Shown here piece by piece: positions 51,164-62,273 of a stretch of 64,000 nucleotides of DNA. The DNA comes from Scyliorhinus canicula (taxonomy: Eukaryota), in contig NC_052169.1 of assembly GCF_902713615.1 (NCBI RefSeq), positions 20,018,526-20,082,525 on the forward strand, in the 5' to 3' direction. Made by a program: the position numbers and the translations under genes. How positions within the stretch are numbered: the first letter of the stretch is position 1; each line of letters starts with the position of its first letter. The notes below the pieces were generated by a model. It did not search any database. It worked only from the letters and a program-made list of their open reading frames with translations, and was not told where the DNA came from.

Positions 51164-53969
51164 TTCTTAAACATGTGCAGCTCCCATTGTATTTTCTTAG
51201 CTTGAAAAAAATCAAGGAAGCCTCACTCTTAGTATTAAAAACTTAGAAAATATCCTGCTGTGCCATCCATTGATTGTGGCTGATCCTCCAACTCAATAGC
51301 CTAACCTGCTTTCCCCTGCCCCATATCAATGATCCCCTTTGCCCCAAGTGCTGCATCTTGAACATACAATATTTTTGCCTCAACTACTTCCTGTGGTAAC
51401 AAATCCCACAGGCCAACCACTGGTGAAGACATTTCTCCCCATCTGTCCTAAATGGTCTACCCCTATCCTCACACTGACCCCTGGTTCTGGACACATCCAC
51501 CATTGGGAACATCCTTCCTGCATCTGTCTTGTCCTGTTAGAATTTTATAGATTTCTGAGACTCCCCTCATTCTTCTGAACTTGAGCAGATGCAATCTTTT
51601 TTTAATAAATTTAAGAGTATCCAATTTTTTTTCTAATTAAGGGGCAATTTTAGTGTGGCCAATCCATCTACCCTGCACATCTTTGGGTTGTGGGGGCGAA
51701 ACCCACGCAAACATGGAGAATGTGCAAACTCCCTACAGACAGTGACCCAGAGATGAGTTCAAAACATGTAGCTATGCATCACCCAAGATAATCACATATT
51801 GGGATTGCTTGAGGGGCCCAAGATGTATTATAGCAAAACTCGTGAAGGCTCATAAGATGTTTGCAGCACAGCAATCCATGTGGCCCATTGTGTCCATGCT
51901 GGTCAACAAAGATGAACACTCAAATGCCATTTTCCAGCCCATAGCAGTTTGATCCTCTCGTGTCTCCCTGACTTAGTGCTTATAGTACATGACCAGCGGT
52001 GTGTTTGCCTGTTTGTGTTTTTTGTTTCTACCCATATGGTCTCATTTTTATAAAAAAAATTAGAGTACCCAATTATTTTTTCCAATTAAGGGGCAATTTA
52101 GCATAGCCAATCTACCTATCTTGCACATCTTTGGGTTGTGGGGGTGAAACCCACACAGACACGGGGAGAATGTTCAAACTCCACACGGACAGTGACCCAG
52201 GTCCTCAGTGCCGTAGGCAGCAATGCTAACCACTCTGCCACCGTGCTGCTCTCCGTATGGTCTCATTTGATGCTTCCAAGATACGTTCCCACCTCACTGT
52301 GATAATTGATTCCTTGATCAATACTATGACCTAATTTCTATTCCTATCTCATCTGAATACCTTGTAACTAGGAATGATAAGCTGCCAATCCTTGTCATGA
52401 GTAGGGTTACATTAATATTGCAATGAAGTTACTGTGAAAAGCTCCTAGTTGCCACACTCTGGTGCCTGTCAAATACACGGGAGAATTCGGTGTCCAAATG
52501 ACCTACCAGCATATCTTTCGGGACTTGTGGGAGGAAACCCACGCAGACACGGGCAGAACGTGCAGTCTCCATAAAGACTGACCCAAGCCGGGAATCTACC
52601 CTGGTGCTATGAAGCAACAGTGCTGCCCATCTTTCAACCAAGCCTCTGTCCTAGCTGTGATATCAAACTCCCACATGCCTATCTATGCCCTCAGCTTGTC
52701 TGCCTTACACCTCGGGCTCCTTCCATTTAAATGCATCCAATTTAACCTTGTTTTAGACTTTCATATCTCACCTGTTTCCTCTGATTTTCAGACTCACTGG
52801 CATTGTAATTTCTAATTCCATCTCCTCTCCCCATCTGAGCTAGTTGTCAGGATCCCATATCGCAGGCAATTTAAAAAAAAATTTAGAGTATCCAATTCAT
52901 TAATTTTTGGGCAATTTGGCTTGTTCAATCCACCTACCCTGTACATCTCTGGGTTGTGGGGGTGAAACCCACGCAAACGCGGGGAGAATGCAAACTCCAC
53001 ACGGACGGTGACCCAGAGCCGGGATCGAACCTGGGACTCAGTGCCATAAGGCAGCAGGGATCCCTGCCAATTTTAAATCTGCCCTATCAGCACTAGCAAA
53101 CCTGTGTGTGAGAATGTTGATCCCATTCCAGTTCGGATGTAACGCATCCAACCAGAAGCTGTCAGAGCTGCTCAGCCAGAAGTACCTCCTGCACATATGA
53201 TCTTCCAGAACACCAGGAGCACCTCGGATGTGATAATCCCAGGACAGAGTTCCCCAGACATAATGATAGGATGTATAGACTAGAAAAATGTTCTTGGGGT
53301 GGTTAGTACTACTGCGCTGGGAACCTGGGTTTGATCCCGGCTCCGGGTCACTGTCCATGTGGAGTTTGCACATTCTCTGCATAGGTCTCGCCCCCAAACC
53401 CAAAAATGTACAGAGTGGGTGAATTAGCCACCCTAAATTGCCCCTTAAATGGGAGGGGGAGGGATTGGGTACTCTAAAATTTATAAAAGAAAAATATTCC
53501 TATACAAACAAATGACTGCGGATGCTGGAATCTGGAACGAAAGAGAAAATGCTGGAAAATCTCAGCAGATCTGGCAGCATCTGTGGGGGAGAGAAAAATA
53601 TTCCTGTTTATAAAAACATACAAATGAAAATAGAAGCAGGAGGAGGGCATTTAATCCTTTCAGCCTCTTCTGCCATTCGTTATGGCTGATCATCAAATTT
53701 AATACCCTGATCCCAATATCTTACGGTCCAAGCTAAAATCAAAATCCAGTTATTCCCTCTTCGTTTTCCTTTCTGAAATGTACATTTTTCTAATTCTCAG
53801 CTACTGGACCTTCCCGAACAAGTTTCTCACCAACTAATGAACTTGTGTTTCTCCTTTGACATTAAGCTGCTGACTGTCCCAGTGTCCTCTTGCGCACTCT
53901 AGGTGCTGCTGACTGGCGGTCCCGTTGGTGGCTGATATGTTTCTCATCCCCATTCTCCTGCCTCTTCAC

Positions 53970-54004
<35 letters not shown>

Positions 54005-54029
54005 AACCCCTGATATCCAAATAGAAAGC

Positions 54030-55330
54030 ATATTACATAAATGGAGAGAGACTGACATGCTGCAGTTCAGAGGGATCTGGGTGTACTCATACACAAGTCA
54101 CAAAACGTTAGCGAGCAGGTACAGCAAGTAATTAGGAAGGTAAATGAAATCTTGGCCTTTATTGCCAAGGTGTATGAAGTATAAAAGTAAGGAAATCGTG
54201 CTACTGCTGTGCAGGGCATTGGTGACACTGCAAATAGAGGACTACGTACCATTCTGATCTCCTGTTCTAAGGATGGGTATACTTGCTTTGGGGGCCGTTC
54301 AGAGGAGGTGCATTAGGTTCTGTCCTCGGATGAAGAGGTTTTCTTGTGAGGAAAAGTTGAGCCTAAACTTGTTGGCGTTTAGAAGAATGGGAGGGGATCT
54401 TATTAAAACAACATTTTGTGCGGTTGACATGGTAAATGCTGAGAAGATGTTTACCCGAGAGGGAACTAGGGAATTTAGAACTAGGGTGGCACAGATTCAA
54501 AATAAGGGATCTCCAATATATGATAGAAAATCGGTGAAGGAGTAGGCCATTCGGTCCTTCGAGCCTGCACCACCATTCAATATGATCATGGCTGATCATG
54601 CAAATTCAGTATCCCACACTCGCTTTCTCTCCATATCCCTTTAGCTGCAAGGGCCACGTCCAGCTCCCTCTTGAATATATCCAATGTACTGGCTCCAACA
54701 GCTTTCTGTGGGTAGCTATTTCAGAACTCTGAGAGAAGAAGTTCTTCCTCATCTAATGGCTTACCCTTTATTCTTGGGCTGTGACCCCTAGTCCTGGACG
54801 TCCCCAACATCAGGAACATTCTTCCTGCATCTCGCCTGTCCAGTCCAATCAGGATTTTATATGTTTCTATGAGATCTCCTCTCATTCTTCCAAACCCCCG
54901 TGAGTACCAGCCCAGTCGACCCAGTCTTTCTTCATCTGTCAGTCCTGCCATCCCGGGAATTAGTCTGGTGAACCTTCGCTGGACACCCTCAATATCAAGA
55001 ATATCCTTCCTCAAACTAGGAGACCAAAACTGCACACAATACTCAAGGTGTGGCCTCACAAAGGCCCTGAGTAACTGCATCAAAACACCCCTACTCCTGT
55101 ACTCAAATCCTCTTGGTGATGAGGAGGAATTTCCTCTCAGAGAGCAGTGAATCTGTGGAGGTGGGTCATTGACTACATACAAGGCTGAGTTTAGATGGAC
55201 CTTTGGGCGACAAGGGTTACCGGGTCAGGCTGGAAAGTGGAGTTAAAGCCACAATCAGATCATGAACCTATGGAATGGCAAACAGGCTGGAAGGGCCGAA
55301 TGGTCCACTCCTGCTCCTATTTCGTATGGG
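54030..55330 (+). mobile_element. CR1 fragments with an inverted internal CR1 piece (about 54530-55112, minus strand)
   Basis: RPHLEYCVQFWSP...VQRRFTRLIPGM on the minus strand, flanked by plus-strand CR1 sequence. Confidence 0.85.
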
Positions 55331-56764
55331 CTTCTGAATCTACAGGGGCAGCAGGGTAGCATGGTGGTTAGCATAAATGCTTCACAGCTCCAGGGTCCCA
55401 GGTTCGATTCCCGGCTGGGTCACTGTCTGTGTGGAGTCTGCACGTCCTCCCCCTGTGTGCGTGGGTTTCCTCCGGGTGCTCCGGTTTCCTCCCACAGTCC
55501 AAAGATGTGCGGGTTAGGTGGATTGGCCATGCTAAAATTGCCCGTAGTGTCCTAATAAAAGTAAGGTTACGGGGGGGTTGTTGGGTTACGGGTATAGGGT
55601 GGATACGTGGGTTTGAGTAGGGTGATCATGGCTCGGCACAACATTGAGGGCCGAAGGGCCTGTTCTGTGCTGTACTGTTCTATAATGTACCCGTCATCTT
55701 CCCTCATTGCAGAGTGCTATCACCCTATCAATGTAAAGAATGGTGGTCATGTTCTGAACTAGCAATCCAGAGAAATTGAAATCAGTCCTCTACATGGCAA
55801 GAAAAGAGTTTGAATTCAGTTGTAAAACAAAATTCTGGAAATAAAAAGTCAGACTCGGTAAAACATGAACAGGCAGCTGTCGTTAAAAACTGCAAGTGGC
55901 CCTCGAATGTCCTTTAGGAGAGGAAACTTGCCTTCCTCACACAGTGGCTTAACTGTGCCTCCAGGCCTACATTGATGGTTGGCATGGTAACCGGCTTCAA
56001 CTTGACCTCAGCAAGCTCCTCAAGTGAATCAATCTTCCTCGCTGAATCTCGGAATGGGAAATAAATGCCATGCCATGTCTGACAACGGCACTCACGTTGG
56101 CGAGGATGAAAACTGCTTGCTCACGCCATGTAGCATTTCTTCAGCCTGTCCTGACTATGCAACTTGATTCCTGAGTGAGCTTTCCAACTTCATTTGTTCC
56201 ATATGCTGGGAAGTTTGGAGTTTGACAGGAAGTTCATATGAAGCCTGTTGGCCTGCACTGCATAATTGACTCCAGAAATATGTTGTCTGGACACAATGTG
56301 CACTGATTAATTAGTTTATTTTGAAATGAAATGAAAATTGCCCATTGTCACGAGTAGGCTTCAATGAAGTTGCTGTGAAAAGCCCCTAGTCGCCACATTC
56401 CAGCGCCTGTTCGGGGAGGCTGGTACGGGAATTGAACCGTGCCGCTGGCCTGCCTTAAAAGCCAGCGATTTAGCCCAGTGTGCTAAACCAGCCCCTATTG
56501 TGCTCAGCCTATCATAGAATCCCCACAGTACAGAAGGAGGCCATTTGGCCCATCAAGCCTGCACCGAGCCTCCGAAGGAGCACCCCACCAGGCCCACGCC
56601 CTATCACCGTAACCCCACCTAACCTAACCAACTAACTCGCACATCTTTGGACTGTGGGAGGAAACCAGAGCACCCGAAGGAAAACGGCACAGGAAATGGG
56701 GAGAATGTGCAAACTCCACACAGAAAGTCACTCCAGGTTGGAATTGAACCCGGGTCCCTGGCGC

Positions 56765-57200
56765 CGGCACCGGCCCTAGGGTTGCTGGCGCCCCGGGCAA
56801 GCTGAACTTCGGCGCCCTGGGGCTGGGGGGGGGGGGGGGGGGGGCTGGGGGGGGGGGAGGGGGGGCGGGGCGGAGCCGTGGGGGTGGGGCGGAGGCGGCG
56901 GGGCCGAGGGGGGGCGGACCCGAGGGGGGCGGACCTGAGGGGGGGCGGGGGGGGGGGCGGACCTGAGGGGGGGCGGACCCGAGGGGGGGCGGGGGGCGGG
57001 GACCCGAGGGGGGTGGGCGGGGGGGGCGGAACGAGCGGGGGGGCGGACCGGGGGGGTGGCGCCCTGGGGGAGGGCAGCCACCGCGCATGCGCTGGTTGGC
57101 GCCGGCCCAACTGCGCATGCGCGGGACCCGAGTCTGGCGCCCCCTAGCACATGGCGCCCCGGGCGACTGCCCGAGTTGCCGGTGCCTTGAGCAGGCCCTG
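56765..57200. mobile_element. Non-autonomous hAT (Tip100-like) MITE with a G-rich internal repeat, inserted into an HE1-type SINE
   Basis: 8-bp TSD CCTGGCGC at 56757-56764 and 57201-57208; right end reads CAGGGCCTGC on the minus strand and the left end CGGCACCGGCCCT is a degenerate TIR; subterminal GGCGCCCCGGGC motifs. Confidence 0.75.
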
Positions 57201-58179
57201 CCTGGCGCTGTGAGGCAGAAGTGCTAACCACTATGTGACCGTGCCGTCCTTATTGTGTGTGTGTGTTTTTTTAAGGTACTTTATTTTAAATCTTTATTGT
57301 TACAAGTGGGCTTTCATTAACACTGCCAAGCAGGGCAGCACGGTAGCACTGTGGCTTCACAGCACCAGGGTTCCAGCTTCGATTCCCGGCTTGGGTCAGT
57401 GTCTGTGCGGAGTCTGCACGTTCTCCCCGTGTCTGCATGGGTTTCCTCCAGGTACTCCGGTTTCCTCCTACTAGTCCCGAAAGACGTGCTGATAGGTAAT
57501 TTGGAAATTCTGAATTCTTCCTCCGTGTACCTGAACAGATGCCGGAATGTGGCGACTAGAGGCTTTTCACGGTAACTTCATTGCAATGTAAGCCTACTTG
57601 TGACAATAAAAGATTATTATTATGAAGTTACTGTGAAAAGCTCCTAGTCGCCACATTCCGGCGCCTGTTTGGGTATATGGAGGGAGAATTCAGAATGTCC
57701 AAATTACCTAACATCACGTCTTTGGAGACTTGTGGGGAAACCCAAGCAAACACGGGGAGAACGTGCAGACTCAGAATTCACAGTGCAGAAGGAGGCCTTT
57801 CGGCCCATCTAGTCTGCACCGGCCCTTGGCAAGAGCACCACACTTAAGCCCACGCCTCCACCCTATGCCCGTTACCCAGTAACCCCAAATAACCTTTTGG
57901 GACACTAAGGGCAATTTATCCAGGCCAATCCACCCAAACTGCACGTCTTTGGACTGTGGGAAGAAACCGGAGCATCCGGAGGAAACCCACGCACACACGG
58001 GGAGAACGTACAGACTCCGCACAGACAGTGACCCAGCGTGGAATTGAACCTGGGACCCTGACACTGTGAGGCAGACGTGCTACCAACTGTGCCACCGTGA
58101 CCCCCCCCCCCCCCCCTCCCCTTATTGTGTGTGTGTGTATTTGTTTTTAAAAGGTACTTTATTTTATCCCTGGACAATT

Positions 58180-58312
58180 TGGGGGGGGAAGCTGTGGATT
58201 CCGGGAAAGCAGCCGGTTGGCCACCCTCCGCCCTGTTAGCGGCAGCGTGTGCAGGGAGTGAGCGGCTGGTCGGCCACCCGCAGCATCGTTGGGAGCAGGG
58301 AGTCTGGTGAGT
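58180..58312 (+). promoter_or_regulatory. CpG-rich segment with CTG|GTGAGT donor; putative non-coding first exon of the downstream gene (possibly CSNK1G1)
   Basis: Non-repeat CpG-rich island about 58180-58450; consensus donor at 58307-58312; gene identity inferred from vertebrate CSNK1G1-PCLAF-TRIP4 synteny only. Confidence 0.4.
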
Positions 58313-59989
58313 GGCAGCAAAAGTCAGGCCTTGAAATATTAACCACTGATTTCAGACGAAGAATTACCGCGGGAGGGCGGGGGGAAAGCGAACGTGCTTG
58401 CACTGAATCAGTCCGTTTCAGTGAGCGAGCTGTAAAACCACTTCGCATTTGAAGCAACTGGCAGGGAAAATGGCTCCTTCTGTTTCAATGTCTTTTTTCG
58501 AGGCAATCCTTAAGCCAGCATTGCTGAGTGATTAAACCCACCCTGGACCCCCCTCCACCCAAGGTGTACAGTCAAGGTGACCAAATAGCCTGTATTTTAA
58601 GGGATTGTCTCTTATTTTGACCCCCCCCCCCCCCCCCCCCCCCCACACACACACAAGGGATGCCTATTGTCCCTCATTTCTACAGCAATGAAGGAGAGAC
58701 TGAACCTGGAAGTGTCCTCTGGCCTTTGCTGCATTGTGTTTTTCTTGTGAGCCTGCTCACCGTGGCCACCAAAGAGTTGGGATCACCAGAATCCACCCCC
58801 AACACCCCTTGCAGGTCAAAGTGCCCCTTGCACTGTTTCACAAGTTGAGTCAGCCTGCGTACACCCCCTCAGCACCGGGCTAAATCACTGACTTTGAAAG
58901 CAGGCCAGTAGCAGCATGGTTCAGTTCCTGTACCAGCCTCCCCGAACAGGCGCCGGAATGTGGCGACTAGGGGCTTTTCACAGTAACTTCATTTGCAGCC
59001 TACTTGTGACAATAAGCGATTCTCATTTCATCTCCGCTCCCTGGGGACCGCACCGTGGCACACTGCTACCTCACGGCGCCGAGGACCTGGGTCTGAATCC
59101 CGGTCCTGGGTTACTGTCCGTGTGGATTTTGCACATTCTTCCCCGTATCTGCGTGGGTTTCGCCCCCACAACCCAAAGATGTGCAGGGTAGGTGGATTGG
59201 CCACGCTAAATTGCCCCTTAATTGGGAAAAAAATAATTGGGTATTCTAAATTTAAAAGAAAAAATCTCCGCTCCCTGACCGGCGTGGTGGTGCAGTGGTT
59301 AGCACTGCTGCCTCACGTCGACGAGGACCCGGATTGAATCCCGGCCCACGGGTCACTGTCCGTGTTGCGTTTGCACGTTCTCCCCATGTCTGCGTGAGTC
59401 TCACCCCCCCACAATGCAAAGATGCGCAGGGTAGGTGGCTTGGCTGCGCTAAAATTTTTATCCCATTGGGGATAAAAAAATGAATCGGGTGCCTCTAAAT
59501 TTAAAAACAAATCTCTGCTCCCTGACCTCCACGTGATGCAGGCTTGGGAGGAGATGGCGGACAGCCATCACAATATCATGTGATATGGCTCTGGCTCCAG
59601 CCGGCTCTGGCTCCAGCACGTACGGCACAAACGGGTGCTGCTCTCATCTGCTAAAACGGCTCACAGTTCCATGATAAACAGGGTGGCATGGTAGCACAGT
59701 GGTTAGCACTGTTGCCTCAGCTCCAGGGTGCCAATTTTGAATCCCGGCTGGGTCTTTGTGTGGAGTCGGCACATTCTCCCCGTGTCTGCATGTATTTCCT
59801 CCGGGTGCTCCTATTTCCTCCCACAGTCCAAAGATGTGCAGGTTAGGTGCATTGGCCATGATAAATTGCCTTTAGTGTCCAAAAAAGGTTCGGTGGGGTT
59901 ACTGGGATAGGGTGGAGGTGTGGGCTTAAGTAAGATGCTCTTTCCCAATGGGCCGAATGGCCTCCTTCTGCACTGTAAATTCTATGAAA

Positions 59990-61868
59990 TCTTGGGATGC
60001 AAAGCTAACCCCCAACTTATGTTTCAGTACAATATGCCATCTCCTTAAATCCCTCCTCCCCACCACCCCCGTCACCAGCCTCATCTCCGACAATAAGTGC
60101 GAAAAGCTCTTTATCACCAAGATTGAGTTCATTTGATTAGCTGCCACTTCCCTGCCTTCCATTCGCCCAAACATTCTCCACGCCTCCCCCTGTGCCCGAG
60201 CCCTGAACTCTCATCTTTCTTTAGTTTCTCTCCTTATGCTCCCTCCAAACTCATCTTGTCTGTGAGATCCGTCTCCTATTCCCTTGATAGTGTTCCCACT
60301 AAACTGCGGACCACACGATTTCCACTCCAGGTTCCCATGTTAGCTGATATTGTGTTTTAAAAAAAAATTTAGAGTACCCAATTCATTTTTTCCAATTAAG
60401 GGGCAATTCAGGGTGGCCAATCCACCTAACCTGCACACAAACCCTCGCAAACACAGGGAGAATGTGCAAACTCCACACGGACAGTGACCCAGAGCCGGGA
60501 TCGAACCTGGGACCTCGACGCCGTGAGGCAGCAGGGCTAACGCTCTGCGCCACTGTGCTGCCCAGTTAGCTGATATTGTTAATCGTTCTCTCTCGGTCCT
60601 GCAATCATTATCCCTCTACTCAAAAAGAAACAACTTTTTATTGTTCTTGCAGGCTACTGTCCTATCTTCAATTCCCGTTCCTCTCCAAAGTATGAAGGTG
60701 CTGTTGCCTCTCTGATCTGTTCCCACCATTCCTGAACTCCTATATCTCCAACCCAGACACACTGCTGAAATTGCTCTTTATCGGTGTCACGAATGACCAG
60801 CGATGTGACTGTGACAAACAGTAAACTTACCCCCCTTGTCCTTCCTGACCAGTCTGCAGCCTTTGACGCAGTTGATTGCACCATCCTTCTCCAATGCCTC
60901 TCCACTGTTGTCCAGCTGGGAATGGGACAACATTCCCAGGGTGGGAATGCTCTCACCTATCTAATTGTAGTCAGAGTACACTTGCAACGTGCTCCCTTTC
61001 AGCTCTGACACCATCACAGCTGGTATTCTCCAAGGATCTATCACTGGGGGCAGCACGGTGGCTCAGTGGGTTAACCCTGCAGCCTCTCGGCGCCGAGGTC
61101 CCAGGTTCGATCCCGGCCCTGGGTTACTGTCCGTGTGGAGTTTGCACATTCTCCCCGTCTTTGCGTGGGTTTTGCCCCCACAACCCAAAGATGTGCAGGG
61201 TAGGTGAATTGGCCATGCTAAATTGCCCCTTAAATGGAAAGCATTAATTGGGTACTCTAATCTTTTTTTTAATGATCTCATTTACAAAAAAAAAAAATAT
61301 TTTATTGTCACAAGTATGAAGTTACTGTGAAAAGCCCGTAGTCGCCACATTCCACTGCCTGTTTTGGTAAGCTGGTACGGGAATTGAACCCGCTGCTGGC
61401 CTTGTTCTGCAGTACAAACCAGCTGTCTAGCCCACTGAGTTAAACTGGCCCTTGATGCATATGGTCCTTTGGTGACTGAAAGTACTATTTTTGCATGTAC
61501 AGTGAGAATACCCACCGTCTCTCTCAAATCTTTCACTGCCACTGAAGTATCTGAACCCAAGTACTGGACAAGCATAACTTTGCCCCAGCCAGTTATTGGC
61601 AAGACGGAAGTACAACTCCAATTTAGCAGCTGGTCCATCTATTTTATTTGTTCTGTTATTGTTGGCTGTGCCTCCAGTTGCCTGGGCTCTAAACTCATGA
61701 ATTCCCTCCCAACACCTCGCTGCCTCTCTTTCCTCCTTTTAGACGCTCTTTAAAATCTACCCCTTTGAGCAAGTTTTTGACCATCAGTATCACCTTGTAT
61801 GGCTTAATGTCCAGGCTCCTGTGAGACATCTTGGGATATTAGATCATGTTAAGGGTGCTCTGTAAATA
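59990..61868 (+). mobile_element. Degenerate L2 LINE, fragmented by SINEs
   Basis: LVLPDQSAAFDAVDCTILLQCLS resembles the L2 RT motif LLDLSAAFDTVDH; L2-type 3' tail ggctcctgtgag..cttggga..ttaagggtgctctgtaaa. Confidence 0.7.
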
Positions 61869-61869
61869 A

Positions 61870-62045
61870 GGGGGCTGGTTTAGCTCACCAGGCTAAATCG
61901 CTGGCTTTTAAAATAGGCCAGCAGCACGGTTCGATTCCCGTACCAGCCTCCCCGGACAGGCGCCGGAATGTGGCGACGAGGGGCTTTTCACAGTAACTTC
62001 ATTGAAGCCTACTCGTGACAATAAGCGATTTTCATTTCATTTCAA
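61870..62045 (+). mobile_element. Short (about 185 bp) tRNA-like SINE with (CATTT)n tail (others at about 2750-, 17266+, 28041+, 31307-, 37320-, 38570-, 56322-, 58870+, 61300-)
   Basis: ggggctggtttagctca...ggttcgattcccgtaccagcctcccc head; shares its 3' part with the previous SINE family. Confidence 0.85.
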
Positions 62046-62273
62046 ATACAAGGTATACTGAGCATTGGTCAGTGATGAAACCTGCAGCTTATGTTGCACA
62101 GCAATTAAACTATCCTGATGATCCTGCTCTCTCGTTTAGGCTCTCTATCTTCCTCTGCTACAAATATTTGTCCACCGATCCCTTAAAAGATGCGATTGGA
62201 AGCATGGTCTTTCCCACATGGTTAAAATCTTCATTCGCTCCAGTTTGTGCAGCTTCCCTGTGGCCACTTTCAG

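Noticed and set aside
56619-57231. Proline- or glycine-rich ORFs
   Set aside because: Products of the G-rich interior of the MITE
75-61281. Dozens of short ORFs with WVSSGCSGFLPQSKDVQVR / GHCPCGVCTFSPCLRGF motifs
   Set aside because: All are translations of HE1/V-SINE copies, not a gene family
61870-61950. tRNA gene calls at SINE heads
   Set aside because: A/B boxes are present but they are SINE 5' ends continuous with SINE bodies; no complete cloverleaf is supported
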